The notes: a model not told the origin generated them from the letters alone. Shown: positions 11,964 through 26,306, counted from the first letter of the stretch. The stretch: 64,000 nt of DNA from Chiloscyllium plagiosum (GCF_004010195.1 NC_057719.1:87931225-87995224); one strand, 5' to 3'. Program-made: numbers and translations.

Positions 11964-14583
11964 GTGAGGGCAAGTCAAAAATTACATAGACGGTATCCTT
12001 TGACATCTTTAGTTGTAATACTTATAAAGGAAGGTACAACAGTTTGCCTATATGAGGGGTAATGCCCGTGACACCAGCTTTGAACCTGCCCACACTCTGG
12101 GTCTACCAAGCACAAGCTGTTTCTGGTAGTAGGAAATTATATGATGCATATGCTAAAGTTCTGATGTGTGCATTCAGCAGGTGAGTGACTGTGCCCATGT
12201 ATTTTAAAATGAATTCCAAAAAGAGTGTGCCATTACTCTTGAGTGTCACTCATGCAGAAGAGTTTTCTGGAGATATTGCTTTTTCCTCATAGTTTTTCAT
12301 ATTTTTATTTCAATTTTAGTTTAGATGCCTGAGTATACTTGTTGCATGATATCTAGCCAGGCAGACCAGAAGTACCAGTTTCCCTTCATGCTAATTGCAA
12401 TGTTAACTGCTTTCACCAAGACTGTTAGATGGTATCAATTATACCATGCAGTTACAGCTCCTGTTGCTGACGTGTACAATAGCCCTGGTGTGAAAGGAGC
12501 TTGTACATATTGGATATTTGGGTTTGATTGTGCAATGTCTTCTGGGCAAGTAATGTACTAATGTTATCAGAAATCAGACATTCAAGAAAGTAGCTTTGTT
12601 TTTTGTCTGTGGTATTTTTATTTTTTTCCTTTTTTGTCTGGGATTTCAATGTACTATTTTCCGCAACACTTCAGTAGAAATGATTATGGTTGCCTAATGT
12701 AAATGGGATTATTGCAAGTCTTTAGAGCATTTCTACCTTCCAAATCTGTTCTCCTGCAGAGATGAGTTCACAGCCGACTTCACTGCTCACTCCTTATTTT
12801 CATTTCCCTCTCATATTATTGTAAGTCGTAGAATGGTTAAACACAAATGGGCACCATTTGGCCTGTTATGTTTGTGTCAGCTCTCTGCAAGTGTAACTCA
12901 CTAAATTCCAACCCTCTGCCTTTCCCTCAGAGCCATGTAAATATTCCCTCCTCGTAATTGTTTAATTATCTTTTGAAAGTCTTGATTTTTCTAGAAAACT
13001 GATTCAATATTTTTCAGTATATACTTTACATTCACCTATTCCTTCAATTCTGTTCTTCCAATGTGAAACATTTCAGATGTTTTAAAATTGTCAAGTTATA
13101 AATGTTAATTTTGATACTCCTATTTCTTTGATTTCTAATTAGAGTTAGATGTTATAGAGAATTAAGTTCACACATCTTGTCATCTAAGGAGTCTCGTGGG
13201 TCAGTAATGTTGATGCTAGCTGCCCACTGAAGCTCTTGATTGCTTTTCATTTTTTTTTCTTTTGTTGCTTTTGCCCCATTCCTGAATGGATAAGTCACCC
13301 CAGCCTGAATGTGATGCAGCTTGGAGAAGGACCTTCTCAAACAATAAACCAGAAGAAAATTTACACTTTTTTTAGAAAACAAAGTGGATTACGAAAGGCA
13401 AAGCACTATCTCCATTTCTTAAAATAGATGGTGGTTAATTATTGTGCAGTGTTTATGCTCAAGTGTTTATTTTGAATGCACTGCCTGATAGGATGTAGAA
13501 ACAGATAGTTTTCAATATCTTCCAAAATTGAATTGGATAGATATTTCCAGTATTGCAAAGGAATGGGGCTGGATTACTCCTCCATTATCAGATGGGTTAG
13601 CACTATTCTGACATTTGTACTCCATGCACCTTTTTCCAAGCCACGAATATCTTTACTATAAAATAACCCAAAGCTCCATGCACACAATATTAAACACTTA
13701 ATATTTACAAGTTCCTCTACTTTTTTTTAAATCCAACAGCTTTTATGTAGAATCCTGAACTGCACTTGCACCTCTGGAATTTCCAATTTCTACTGCAATT
13801 GATCACTTTCTTTCCATTAAAATCCATTAAATGCATGGCTAGATTCCCTATTTGTACCGTAATTAATCCATGCTTTTGACAAAATTTTGTACTCTTAGCA
13901 AATGTTGAATTTTCATCTAAACAATTAATGCAATTAAGAATAACAGTTGTATAGCAGTTGACCTGGTAAAAGGTATTAATGCAGAATTGAATTAATTTAT
14001 TTTAATAGTTTGCTGTTTTCCAAAGTATGTTAGATTGTTCTGATTTTTCTGTGATAGTTAAATGTTAGTTAAAAAGTTCCTTTTGAGTGTCTGAAATAAA
14101 GCTGCTCAGAAGGATTATTAAACTGAAAATTTAGTTAATTAAATCCCTCTACTAAATATATCAATTAAAGATGCTATATAGCTTTCATTAAAAAAAAACT
14201 ACACTTAACATAATTTCATTAGACCCATGAAAGTTGCTGAAAAACCTGCTAGCAGATGTAAAGGTTCAGATGCGTCATTTAGTTAAACTTGAATTCCACG
14301 ATTTGATGATTTATCATCTGTGACTGGCTGATTTACTTTACTGAAGTAAATGGAAGACGTACAACTCTGTAGTACCACCTTCTACCTCATTCCTTGCATG
14401 TTAGAACATTGTCTCCAGTGTCCAGTCTTCAACTTTGATTAATTCTGTAGGCAGGAACTGAATCGTTTTGATTCAAAACTTATATCTGGTGCTGGTTTAA
14501 TTGGGGTGCAGCTTTGTGTTTTCATATAACCGTTTTTTTTTATATAAGCTTTGTAAAGTTGATGTCACTTTTTCTTTTTTAAG

Positions 14584-14777
14584 CAGTCGGTGAATGAACC
14601 AAAAAATATGAAGAACATACCCAATTTCTTTAGCCCGGTACATCAGACATCAAAAAATGACCAATTTTCGACGCCTGCCAACCAGCGTAAATCACCACGT
14701 AACTCTGCTGCAGTAACTTTAAATGAAAAATCAGCCTTTAAACCGTCTGTTTACTCTGTCACCAAAATGAATGTCAG
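14584..14777 (+). CDS. NUSAP1: NUSAP1 coding exon: (Q)SVNEPKN...FSTPANQRKSPR...FKPSVYSVTKMNVR
   Basis: Long T tract plus AAGCAG tandem acceptor, GTAATG donor, phase 0/2. STP..R.S and FKPSV.S..KMNVR motifs are typical of NuSAP. Confidence 0.92.
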
Positions 14778-15122
14778 GTAATGTTGTCAACTACAATAAG
14801 ATCCAGAAAATGGTTTTTGCTGAGTAAATTCTTATGATCTTAAAGCCATTTGAGTATCTTGGTACAATATTCAGAGGCAATTAATAACGTACCTGTCTAA
14901 ACATACATAGTAAATGTATTAATTGGAAGTTGATCTAGCGTTAGGCTGGAGGTGCATTCTCAAAATAAGATGGTGTTTTTGACTTTAATGCTCCTTCACT
15001 ATATTTTTTCTCTATTTCTTGCTCATTGCTATTTTCCTTTGATACATTTTTCTCAATCTCCTACACTCTCAGTTGTGTTTTCAGTTAGTGTGTAGATCGT
15101 AAATATTCATTATGGCACATAG

Positions 15123-15289
15123 ATTTCCAGATGCTGCCAAGAACACTGATAAACATGGAACGATGAAGACTCCAATTAGGAAGCTTAACCCAGGCAGTGA
15201 AGTGAAAAATGTCAGACCATCTGGACCTGAGGAACCTATATGCCAGAAGCAAACCCACATCAACGCTTGTAACCCTGCTGAAACGAAAG
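15123..15289 (+). CDS. NUSAP1: NUSAP1 coding exon: RFPDAAKNTDKHGTMKTPIRK...AETK
   Basis: Phase 2/1. Aligns with the RFSAATKDNEHKRSLTKTPARK motif. AG at 15121-15122, GT at 15290. Confidence 0.88.
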
Positions 15290-16299
15290 GTACTGCTTCC
15301 ATAGTGTCAAAGTGTTCTAGTTCCTTTATTTTTGCATGCTTTCTTGAAGAACCAATTAGATACGTTGGCTAGATGGCCAGTATGTGAATTAGTTTTGTCA
15401 GCAGCATATGGTTTGATCCCTGCTCTGGCTAAGGTAGATTCAGGATCTGCGTCCTCTCTCCAGCTTTAATTAAAAAAAAAAGAAGGCATTTTGCTGTGTT
15501 TCGGTAAATAATTGCCAAAGAGCTGACTTTGGGAAGAGAACTCAAGAAGAATGCTACATTTTGATAATACTGAGAATCTAGCACTCTTAATCAGCTGTAT
15601 GTAAACCCTATGGTTACATGGTCAGTTCCTGGCTCCTTTAAGTGATGATCCACTTGAGCCATACTGGAATTGCTCGTTGTGTGTAAACTTGTCGAATTTC
15701 TGTGTAATGGTTTCTAAACAGCAGTCACTATACAGTCAGAAGAGGATATAGGTACTGTTAGATTATCCTTGATATTTATTTGAAGAACAAACATTGTTGA
15801 ATAGTCAGTCAATTAAACTTGGTGAAATTCAGTGTTTTGGAGATTCATGGTGAACTCTGAAGATAATAAGTTGATTGCTTACTTGGAGTGTTGGGAGGGA
15901 AAACAATTTGTGACAACTTGGTGAAATGTCACAGATTGGTTTTGGGTTTGCTACATTTTAATTGATAGCATTAGCACCAGCTTGATGCAAACTAACCAGA
16001 TTTCTATATGACCTCAAATTAGAGGTAGCTGAACAATGACAAACAATCTTGAAACAAAATAGAATAATAGCAGGTAAAATTGAAGCACTGCCTATTTGAA
16101 TAGAAAATGGTTAACACAGAATGAAGTTGCACCTTAAGCAAGTCTGATGAAAACAGCGAAAATTGGTGAGGTGAATAGATGGGTCTCCTAAAAATTGGGT
16201 GACTGAACACCTTTAAATTTTCATCTGATCGGAGAATTGGTATACGCTTCTAAATGTGACCAAATGGATGCCATTTACATAGACTTAATAAAATTACTG

Positions 16300-17045
16300 T
16301 TCAACTTGAAGTTTATAGAATTGAAAGCAAAACAATTGACCTGGTCTTAAGATAGAAATTGCTGAGAAGCAGAAGACAGTGGGGGTAGTGTGCAAGTAGT
16401 CTAAATATCAAAATGGTGCCATAAGAATCTGCAAGCCTCAATTATTCACTGTATTTATAAACCACTTGCATGATGGAATTAGTATGCTAATAGTGCAAAG
16501 ATTGGAGCAGCAAATGGGTGAGAAGATAAAATGACAAGATTTTCTAGAGATGAATGTGCAAAAGCTGTAATCTGTGTGAAATCATCCACTTGGACAGAAA
16601 CGGATAGAGGTTATATCTAAGTAGTGAAATGTTAGAGTCAGAATTGATATTCAGGTACAGAGATCATTAAAATCTCATGAAGCATAGAAATCTAATAGAA
16701 TCTTGGTCTTTATGGTTAGAACTGTAGAATATATGGGATTACAAGTCGTGCTTCAACTGCAGAAAATCTTGTTTAGGCACACCTGAAATTTCAGTTTTGG
16801 GCACCACACATTTATGGATATATTGAACTTGAAAGGAGTACAGTGCAGATACACCAATATGATACCTAGCCTCCAAAGATTTAAATGAGGAACAGTAATT
16901 GCTCAAAACAAGGGTTGTAATTGCTGACAAATGAGTGATTTTGAAGTTGTTGAGATAACATGGGAAAACAATTGTGTGAATAAAGAGAAACTAAAGCCTG
17001 TAGTATTGAAACTAAAGCCAGATCTTTCAGCATTGAAGTTTTGAA
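16300..17045 (+). mobile_element. Old, highly degenerate CR1 RT fragment
   Basis: Residual motifs (attggagcag..., tcagttttgggcaccaca, ccaagatttaaatgagga) typical of the CR1 3' ORF2 region. Confidence 0.5.
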
Positions 17046-17354
17046 TTACTTACATAAATTAACACTAGGTCAATTAGCCAGTCTCATCTCTAACTGTCAT
17101 GTAATTTACTTCATTCTTCTTTCCCCACAGTCACATTGAATATTGAAGAGACTTTAGGCAACTAAATGGCTAACTTTTCATATCTTGCTGTGTCAAGTAA
17201 TTCCTCTCTTGTGCATCGAAATACGAGAAGAATTAAGGGTCTGAAAAGAGAATTGGACTGTGCCTTTTTAAATGTGTTAGTAAATAGCAAATTTAGAGAA
17301 TATAAATTTACTTGAGGCTTTTCAAATGACCTAGTTGTTATTCTCTGGTTTCAG

Positions 17355-17459
17355 TCGTTACCCCGTATCGGTTCTCTGGCACCACTACTCCTGGAACAAA
17401 CAAAAAGTTTGACTTGCAGGCAAGTTTGGCTCGCCCTCTTCGATACAAACCACACAAAG
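17355..17459 (+). CDS. NUSAP1: NUSAP1 coding exon: [36 protein letters not shown]
   Basis: Diagnostic FDLxASLxRPLxYxPHKG motif, canonical splice sites, 105 nt, phase 1/1. Confidence 0.97.
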
Positions 17460-18354
17460 GTCAGTATGCATCACTTCAACTGCATTTTTTTCAATATTTT
17501 CTGTCTAGTCAAAGTAAAAATATCAATAAGCATATGTTCTGCACTTGGAACTATAGTATTTTGCAGCATTGTTGATAACTTGGCTCATCACATCTTTGTC
17601 AACTATGTAAAAGGAATGCAGTTATCCACATCCTTATTAATTATTCTCTTCATACAAATGTTTACTTTTCTGTACTGTTCCATGTTCTGTTGCAGGCAGA
17701 TGGGATTAGTTTAAAATGACATCATAATTGGCGCACACATGGTGGGCTGAAGGACCAGTTCCTGTGTTGCATTTTTCCTTTGAGTATTTGATCTGTTAAT
17801 CCTCCTTATCCCTTAAATTGTCAAAAGGGTGCATTTTGCTCCTCAATATTAATTTTCTGATTTGAACCCCCTTTAGTTATAATTCTCAAAGCTTTTCCTG
17901 CAAGATCTTGTCTAAACCTTTTTGTTTTTATTGAAAATGCTATCTCTGGGCTCTCCTTAAGACTAAACACCTCCAAACATTTTGGAGTTTCTGCTGGTCT
18001 TGATTTTCTAAAATAAGGAACCATAATTTGAGTGCTGTATTCGAACCTGAAATGTGCAGCAATGTGCACGGTTGTGGGAATAATGGATATCTCTGTCAAA
18101 GAACTGACACAGGATGTGAACTGAAATGTCTCTAACTGTTGCAAAATTCTGACTTCAGCTGCAGTCATTCAAGATTTCATCCTCTTTTACAACTACCCAT
18201 TCTTATTGTGCTTAGTGTAGACAAGAGTATTTGACATTTAGCCACTTAGTTGAGGAGCTACTCTTCATGTATGACTCCTAGATGGTGGGTATTGGCACAT
18301 TATTTGCTTACAGTAATTGTGGCTAAATCTAATCCTGTCTTCTGATGCCTGTTT

Positions 18355-18790
18355 GTACTGACAAAATAGTGCAGGAGTAGGCCTTTCGGATAATGCAATA
18401 TCAGTGTTCCTGTTTTCTGTTCTTACTCCTTAATGCCTTTAGCTACAAGGGCCACATCCAGCTCCCTTTGGGAGCTGGCCCCAACAGCTTTCTGTGGTAG
18501 AGAATTCCCAGGCTTACAACTTTAAGTGAAGAGATTCTTCCTCATCACAGTCCTGAATGACTGATACCTCATTCTTAAACTGTGACCCTTAGTTTGGACT
18601 TCCCCAACATTGGGAACGTTTCTTCCCACATCTAGCCTGTCCAGTATTGTCAGGATTTTGTTTCTGAGACCACCCCATCTCTTCATTCTTCTAAATACCA
18701 GTGAGTACAAGTCCAATCGATCTAGTCTTTCTTCATATGTCAGTCCTGCCATCCCAGAAATCAGTCTGGTGAACCTTTGCTGGACTCCCT
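18355..18790 (-). mobile_element. CR1 3' fragment
   Basis: ORF 18522..18752 reads GLTYEERLDRLDLYSL...TKGHSLRM. Confidence 0.8.
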
Positions 18791-20179
18791 TTTACATTAG
18801 CCTCTGTCACAGGGCTGGGATTCTTCCTACTTAAGTTCAAGTAATTCTGCAAATAGTACTCTAAAGTCTGCAGAATCCTAGCTATATAAATAACAACTGA
18901 CCCAGGCTCCACTGATATGATTTTAGTTGTTTAATCTCCATGTATGTTAGGGGCTAAGTTGAGTAGAATCAGCAGGTTTAGTATATGTACATAAACATCT
19001 TCAACTTAAACCTTGCTGGAATCCAGGACGTGTGTGCAAGAGACAGGACTAATGCATTTCATTTCAGCTTAAAGTACCAAGAGGTTGCTTATGCTTATTT
19101 TCTTCCTGGAGTCTCTTCCATCATGAAAACCAGAAATTTGTACACTATAGTTACTCCATCTGACATTGAAAAGCTACAGGTCCTGAATCTTGGCTGTGAT
19201 GCTAGAGAACTGTACACCAGAGCAGACCATTCCCAAGCAGAGTTGCTCCAACATAGTTATGGTGTGGTCATTAACTTGTTTTAATACTGAAAAGGATTTC
19301 CAATCTATCCTCAAATTGGCAAAGTTGAAACTGTCTTCCTTGGAGAGAAGGAGGCTGGGAAGAGATTTGGTGAGCTTTGTTGAGTAGATAGGAGAAGCTG
19401 CTCCCACTCCTAAAAGGAGGAGGGCATAGATTTTAAAATAATACACTAACAAAGCAGAGTGATGTTAGAAAAAAAACTTGTTTTAGACAGCGAGTAGTTA
19501 GGGTATTGAATGCACTGCCTGGAAATGTGGTGGAAGCAGTTTCAATTGAGGTATTCCAAAAAGGGTGCAATAGTTATTTTGGATAGAAATGGGTTGCAGG
19601 GTTATAGGGAAAGACAGGATACTGGCACAAAATTGTCAGAACACTGAGAGTTTGTACAGACAGGATGGGCTGAATGACCTCCTTTTGCACTGCAACATAT
19701 GTGATTTTCTTTCTCTCCAGAAAGATAAAGCTGATCGCCACCTATTAACCTTCCATCTTAAATGATGGTAGGAACCATCTGTGCTGTCAAATTAACATTT
19801 CTTCACTGGTATTCACTTGGGACATCAAGAAGCACTTTGGTCTCTGGAATAGCACAATGTGCTTCAATTACTGCAGAGTTAAAATAATAACCAAAAGAAC
19901 TACAGATGCTGGAGAAGCTCAGATCTGTTCTAAGGAAAGGTCACTCAACCCGAAACATTTACATGCCCACATTTACAGAGGATTGGCTGAATCAGTTCTA
20001 CCTGTTTGGTTTGACCTGATCTGAAAGGTGCCAGGAGATCTCCTTGCTGCAACCAAGGAGCATTCAATCAGTTGATGCCATGGGTTTATAGTAAATTTTT
20101 TATCTGAGATTGCAGCATTGCACGTACAGTCATGAATCACCACCAACTCTCCCCTATCTTATGACTCGTTATTTTGCAG

Positions 20180-20261
20180 GAAAGCTGAAAAGTTGGGAAG
20201 AGATGAAAGAGAATGCCTGTTCTCTCAAAAAGGATCCTAAACAACCAAAATTACAGACCAG
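20180..20261 (+). CDS. NUSAP1: NUSAP1 coding exon: GKLKSWEEMKENACSLKKDPKQPKLQT (KEN box)
   Basis: KLKxW, KEN and KQPxLQT motifs. ttttgcag acceptor, GTGAGG donor, phase 1/2. Confidence 0.96.
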
Positions 20262-21044
20262 GTGAGGGTTTGCCTTGAGTTAAGTCTCCAATCCATGTAC
20301 CATTGTTTCAATTTGCTGATGTATTATGTTTAGAATTTGATAAACTATTTGCGATTCCTTGATCTTTTGTGTTATTTTTAAGAGCAGCAGTAGTGTTTGT
20401 GTAGAACAAAATCCTGTGAATAATGCAGAGCAATACATGGAGTTTGAACATTGACTGGGGTTATTCCCAAGATGTTCTCAAGGATTCTGTCCACTTAGAG
20501 ATTGGACTAATTGGGTGGACTGAGATGACGAGCTTGCCTGCCTGGGTAAACCTTAGGGTGTTCTCAAGATTATTTGGGAATAATCGATGGAGAAATAAGG
20601 GAAAAAAAGGATGGATTGATTGTTTATCATTTCCATACTATCCAGAAGAGCAAGTGTAGCTGCACAAAGCAGTTTGTTTCTCTAAATCAGATGCTTTCTA
20701 ATCACTTCACTAATTTAGAAGTTTGAAACCTTAGTTTTAGGGTAGTGGATCCCCTTTGGACCATTCTGCTGGCTGGTATTTGTTTTCTCTCAGCTGTGTA
20801 CGTAATGATGGTAACTGGGCTGGCATGGGAAGATCTTGCAATACTAGACTGAATGATGGCAAGTTATTCAACTGTAGGAGAAACCCTAAATGCATAAACT
20901 ACATCTGTAGTGATACTTTTTTTCTTTTTAAAATGCTATCTTTGGTTGAGTGTGACTTGACCAGAATTTGTTCTGTATATTTGATGCTATTTTTTTCAGG
21001 CTTGGCAGTTGTGGGGATTTTAACCTGAAGTTGTTTTGTCACAG

Positions 21045-21135
21045 GGAGACTCGACGGGAAAAGTTTTTGGAAGAACGGAAGGAAAGAAAGAACAATGTGA
21101 TAGGAGCAAGACGAGGACTGGTCATGGCGAAATGA
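21045..21135 (+). CDS. NUSAP1: NUSAP1 last coding exon: RETRREKFLEERKERKNNVIGARRGLVMAK*
   Basis: Charged helical C-terminus ending in GxRRGL, with TGA at 21133-21135. The spliced exons total 1290 nt with no internal stop. Confidence 0.96.
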
Positions 21136-23406
21136 ACACATTTATGAATGAAACCAATACTCTACTGTCTATTCTGTTACTTGCCTTTTTTTTATGTGTT
21201 TGGTTGAATATTCTAAACTCTATTTTAAACTTTAGCCCTTTCTTTGTTTATAGCACTGTCCATTCTGAGCTTTGATTCATGTGGTTTCATCATTGAGACT
21301 GAATATAGATTATTCAGTTAAGTGAGGCACCTCACTTTTAAAGTTCTGTGGTTTTCAGATACTGTTTAGTTATATTCCCTGATGGATGAATATGTACGCT
21401 TGCTTCAAATGTTGATCAGGTGGAGACAGTCTGAGAGAAAATAGGAAAGTGCCTCGCAAGTGACTCTGACGACGTGCAGTTTGCAAGTGACAAATGAAGG
21501 TAGCTGCACTGAGTGTGTTTGACACTGGACAGGGAGAATTCCATCAAACCCTGACATCCCTGACTTACCTGAGCATTTAACTTCAATCAGAATAAATCTT
21601 GCTTTAAAAATAAGATGTGTAACTCCGTGTGTTTACCAGCTTTTAAAGAGTGCTTTTTATTTTGAGGATCTTGAAATGTCTCCAGTAGTGAAACCTGCAT
21701 TAAGACCCTTTCAAGTTCAAACTGGTAGACTATTGATTTGAGGTGCTTTGCTGTTGAACCAAAAAGAATTTGTCTCGCTCTCTTGTTAAGAGTATTTGCT
21801 TCTGACCATCTTTGTTTCAATTTTAGTCTCATCTTGTTCCAGAAAGGCTGATGTTAGCGGCATTTCATCAAAATTCATTGATTATAATGTGCAGGAATAA
21901 AATGCTAATTTGCCTCCCAAGTAACTGCATGACAGCTTGCTTTTTATTTTTTGCAAAAATAATTAGGTGATGGAAAGAATAAGGGAGTCTGGATGTGTTA
22001 GATCCTGGGATAGGTGTTTAAGTTCAACCATGGAGCCCAAATAAAAGGCAGAAGAGTGAGGAATGGTGTCGTTTGGAGTTGTTAGGTATTCTCAACAAGC
22101 TCTTAAGTCCAAAAGCAAATCTTAATTTGTAACATGAACAATAACATTCTAGATCTTCTATTAAGGTATCTTCTTCAAAACAGCTTTATGCATGAGTTTT
22201 GTATCATCTATATGTGCTGCCTCCAGAATGGAGGAATGTGTGTTCATGACCTGCATTGGCTACATCATGCATGTTTTTGAGATAGAAGAATATTGTTAGT
22301 TTAAAGTCCATTGATGCAACAGTATTTTCTGCTTTGATTTTTTTTTTCCTTCTGCACCACTCCTCTGACTGTTGACTCTGTGTGCCTGTAAAATTGTGCA
22401 GCCATGAGCTATCTGAAGTTATGTAGGACTTTCAAAGATTCATTTTTTTCTTTCAAGTAATATAGCCATAATATCCTGTTGACTGGGTACAAACTGAACT
22501 TCTCTCTCCCATCTCCCTCCCTCTTTGCCCTCCCCACTTTTCTTTTTACCTCTCTCCCTTCCAACCACCCACCCACTCTTGCTCTTAGAGAGGTTTATTA
22601 CTGATTTTTGTATATGTTACCATTCTGAGTTTTCTGTAGAAAACTGAAAATTTAACAAGATATAGAGCATCCTTTCCTAAAGGGAACTGCAATTGTCAAG
22701 GTACTCTGCATAAACTTTAATTGACCTTTTTTTTCCTTTTTCTCTTGTGTTCAGATCCCACTCCTGCATATTTATCCACCACTTGTTTCATTAGATCCAT
22801 GAAACGACTGGAAAGCAAGCTGCTCTGCTCAGTTCTGGAACTGTATTTTATTTCCTTTTTTTATGTTGAAGTGTTCCCTTGATTTTAAAAAGTTGCGGTT
22901 TTCATGTTTTGTATCTAGTGGTTTGGTGGTAAAAATGAAACTTAAACAAATGCTGAAATACTCTGATCAGGCAATTTTTTTTATTCAGAGCTGAGAATTT
23001 CCAGCATGTTTGACTTCATCGTATTTTGCTTTCAGATACATGCTAGCTGTATAACTTTATCCCTGCTTGCTTTTGAGGAACATAAAAGAAAATTGTCTAA
23101 ATTCGCACTCCTGTCTGTGTGGATGTAAGATGAGGACAGGGTAATGCTTGATGAAGAAAGTTCTAACAACTCAATCTAGATTCACACAAAGAACAACAAG
23201 GAATATTGCATAAGTAGATTCCTAAAGGGAGAGATTAACTGGCTTAACCATGAGAGATGCTTACGAAAAACACAATTTTGAAGTTTGTTCTTGCCAGCTG
23301 ATGTATAGCAGTCCCTCCAAAAATGTGCTTTTCTAAAAAAAACTATGCTTGGCCTCTTATACTGTAATTAGCTGTGCTTTTGTAAAAGTGGAATGAAATT
23401 TGTTAA

Positions 23407-23412
23407 AATAAA
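23407..23412 (+). promoter_or_regulatory. Candidate polyadenylation signal of NUSAP1 (others at about 21591 and 21896)
   Basis: AATAAA followed by T-rich sequence at the end of a repeat-poor, U-rich region downstream of the stop codon. Confidence 0.35.
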
Positions 23413-26306
23413 ACTTTCTTTGCTAATTGAGAACTTTTATTTCCCCACTGATCTGGGAAAAAGTCTTGATGTTCAGCAGCTGCTGCCTAGCTTTCCTTTT
23501 ATTTTTTGAAATCCACATAACGCCACGCTCTTTATACCAGAAAGGCCAGTGCTGGGGTCAATCCCAGAGATTTTAAATAGTTGACCTCAGGGTAGCATCT
23601 CAGTACCAGCTTAATGAGTGAGTTGTTTGTACTACTGTTCTCTACTACTATGATTCTGAAGGATACATTTGAGATCTGATTTTTTTTTTCTTTTTGGTTG
23701 GTATTCCCTTTATTCAATAGTGGCTTTTGAGGATAATGGTAATGTCTTGCATGGGTTCCTCTTCAAGAAGCTTTGTTATGGAGGAATAATCATAGAGACA
23801 AACGTTTTTGGAGAGAGTGAAATGTAAATGACAATGGGCCTTGGTGTAATGGAAAACTACCTTTTTCCACAAACTTGTATACTACAGTAGACAGGGCAGT
23901 TCTAAAAACTAATTAGCTCTATCCAAATTGTTGCATCACCTTCATGTAGTGGACTCAATAGAGACAAATGTGACATACCTAGTACCTGATAGTTGTGATC
24001 ATGGAATAAATTACACCTTGTTGACTATCTCTGTTGGTCTATCTTCAGCCATTGCTAATCAGACAGGCCCTTAGACTTCACAAAGAGAAGACTGGTTTTC
24101 TGTTGTAGTTCTAAGTTTCCAATGACTGTTTGTTTGGTTTTGTCCTGTTAGTGACCTACCAAGTGCAGTCTAACTCATTAAAAGTTATGTTTCAAGAGTA
24201 GAAAGGATTGGTGACGGCAAAGTGCCCTAACCACAAGCCACTTGCGGCTAATAGCCTGAGCACAATACAACATTACTTCTCTACCTGTTTTAACAAATAC
24301 CTTTGTCTATGTCAACTCCTATAGCCCACAGTTATGCCATAATTTAAAATAAGTTAAACAGACAAATTTGACTTGCCTATAAGCAAAAGCACACATCAAA
24401 AGCAATCAGTTGCTGTAAAGTGCACAAAAGTGTTGTTTAAAAAAAAGCTTATCAAATCTTGCAAAAAGTGACTGCAGTAATGTAAATTTCCATGGTGCTT
24501 CAGAGCATCAGTAAGATTAACCTAAGCAAAGAAAGGATCATTTAAAGACTAAAACTTGATCAAAGACCCGGAAGTTAGAATTTTAGGGTGTGGGGCCCAT
24601 GCAGCTAATTTTTGTGGTAATGGAGACATTGGCAAGGGCAATTGGGAAGGACTGCTTAAAGACCAAATTTAAATTATGGAGTTAGAGGGCCGATTCAGGA
24701 GGATAGTTGAGTCTGATTTGATGGACTGGTGTTTATAAAGGGTGGGAGGCTTGACAGGAGGGTATTGTAAGAGTGAAACCTGAAGGTGACGAAGCAAATT
24801 TGGCAACAAATGGGCTGAGACAATGAAGATTAAAAGTAGTTTTAAACTTTATTTTGGTGTTGGAGAGGATGTAGAGTTTGAAAATTTCAGTTTGGACTTG
24901 TTTGATGCTAAGGAAAGTTAGATTAAGTTTTTTTTTAACTGCAAGTATACATCAGGCAAGTATTGATGCCTAATTTCTTTCCTCTTGCAAACATGTACAG
25001 GTAGTATATTTAAACTACAATCTTGGTGCTTAATAATACTTCAGTCATATTCTGAAGATAATCCTGATACTTAAACCAGATTGTAGTCTCTGAATACTCT
25101 GATAGACTTCTGTTATGTAAGAATATTAATGTAATCCTGAGAATTTCAATGATTAACAGACTTTGAGGGTAGAATTCCAGCTCCCTTTGATCCTTTTTTG
25201 TACAAAAACGTACCCACAACAGAAAATAGAATACAGAGAGAGAGAAATGATCATATCCTTGATTCATATTCACTTAATTGGTTTACTCTGGGTGTTTTCA
25301 AAGAAGTATAAGGTTTCTGCATTCATTTCTTTATTTAATTTTGTTTTTGCCCTGCAATAATACTTGTAAATCTGCATACACTAACTACAAGACCAACTAA
25401 TCTTTTCTAAGATGCAATAACTATACTGAATATACAGATATGACATAACTTTGATTCTTTTTGAGATTAATATCAACATTCCATTCACTAATTAATTATA
25501 TTTTGCAGTGATTTTTGAATTCAGGTCTTAAATTGCTGTTCATAATTTGTTGTTCCTTGCCATTTAGATAATAACACTGATCAAATTAGATGGTCTCTCA
25601 CCTTCTCACTGTGTCACTTTTTTTTCTTTTGTAACTTTATGCTTCCAACTACATATTTGCTGTGCCACCTAAATTAGGTGCATGTGATATAATTCTTTCA
25701 ACTAAGTAATTAGATTAGTCATTACAGTCTGTTAGACCCATTGAGTCCATCCTTAATAAAATGTTGGAGTTTGGTGTAATGTCATGAGATTAGTTATCAT
25801 TGAGTAAAAGGAGCCCTAGGTATCAGTGATCAAACTGGATATCAAATTCAATTATTTGTGAAAGGGAAAAGACTGGGTGCATCACTAGTATTTTAAACAT
25901 AAATATGGCCAACTATGTAGGCATGAAAGCTGAACTTGGTGAAATAAACTTACTAAAATACTCATAGATCCTCAGTGGGGAAATGGGCTATTCATGTCCA
26001 CTCTCTGAAGGACATCCTACCCAGACTTGCCCCCCCCCCCCCCCTTAAAACCCTGCATTTCCCACTGCTAATCCACCTAATTTTACTCGTCGCTGGATAC
26101 TATGAGCAATTTAGTATGGCCAATTCACCTAACCTACACATCTTTGGACTGTGGGAGAAAACCCCATGCAGATATGGGGAGAATGTGCAAACAGACCTTC
26201 GCCCAAGACACTGAGGCAGCAGTGCTAACCACTGAGCTACTGCTGCCCTCAAAAGTACTCAAATGTATATTCCAACTATGAAGAAAACATCAAAAACGCA
26301 CAATGC

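Noticed and set aside
14223..14263. Possible extra NUSAP1 micro-exon (PMKVAEKPASRCK)
   Set aside because: It is open only in phase 2/1, which is incompatible with the phase-0 flanking exons, and phase 0 hits TGA. RNA data would be needed.
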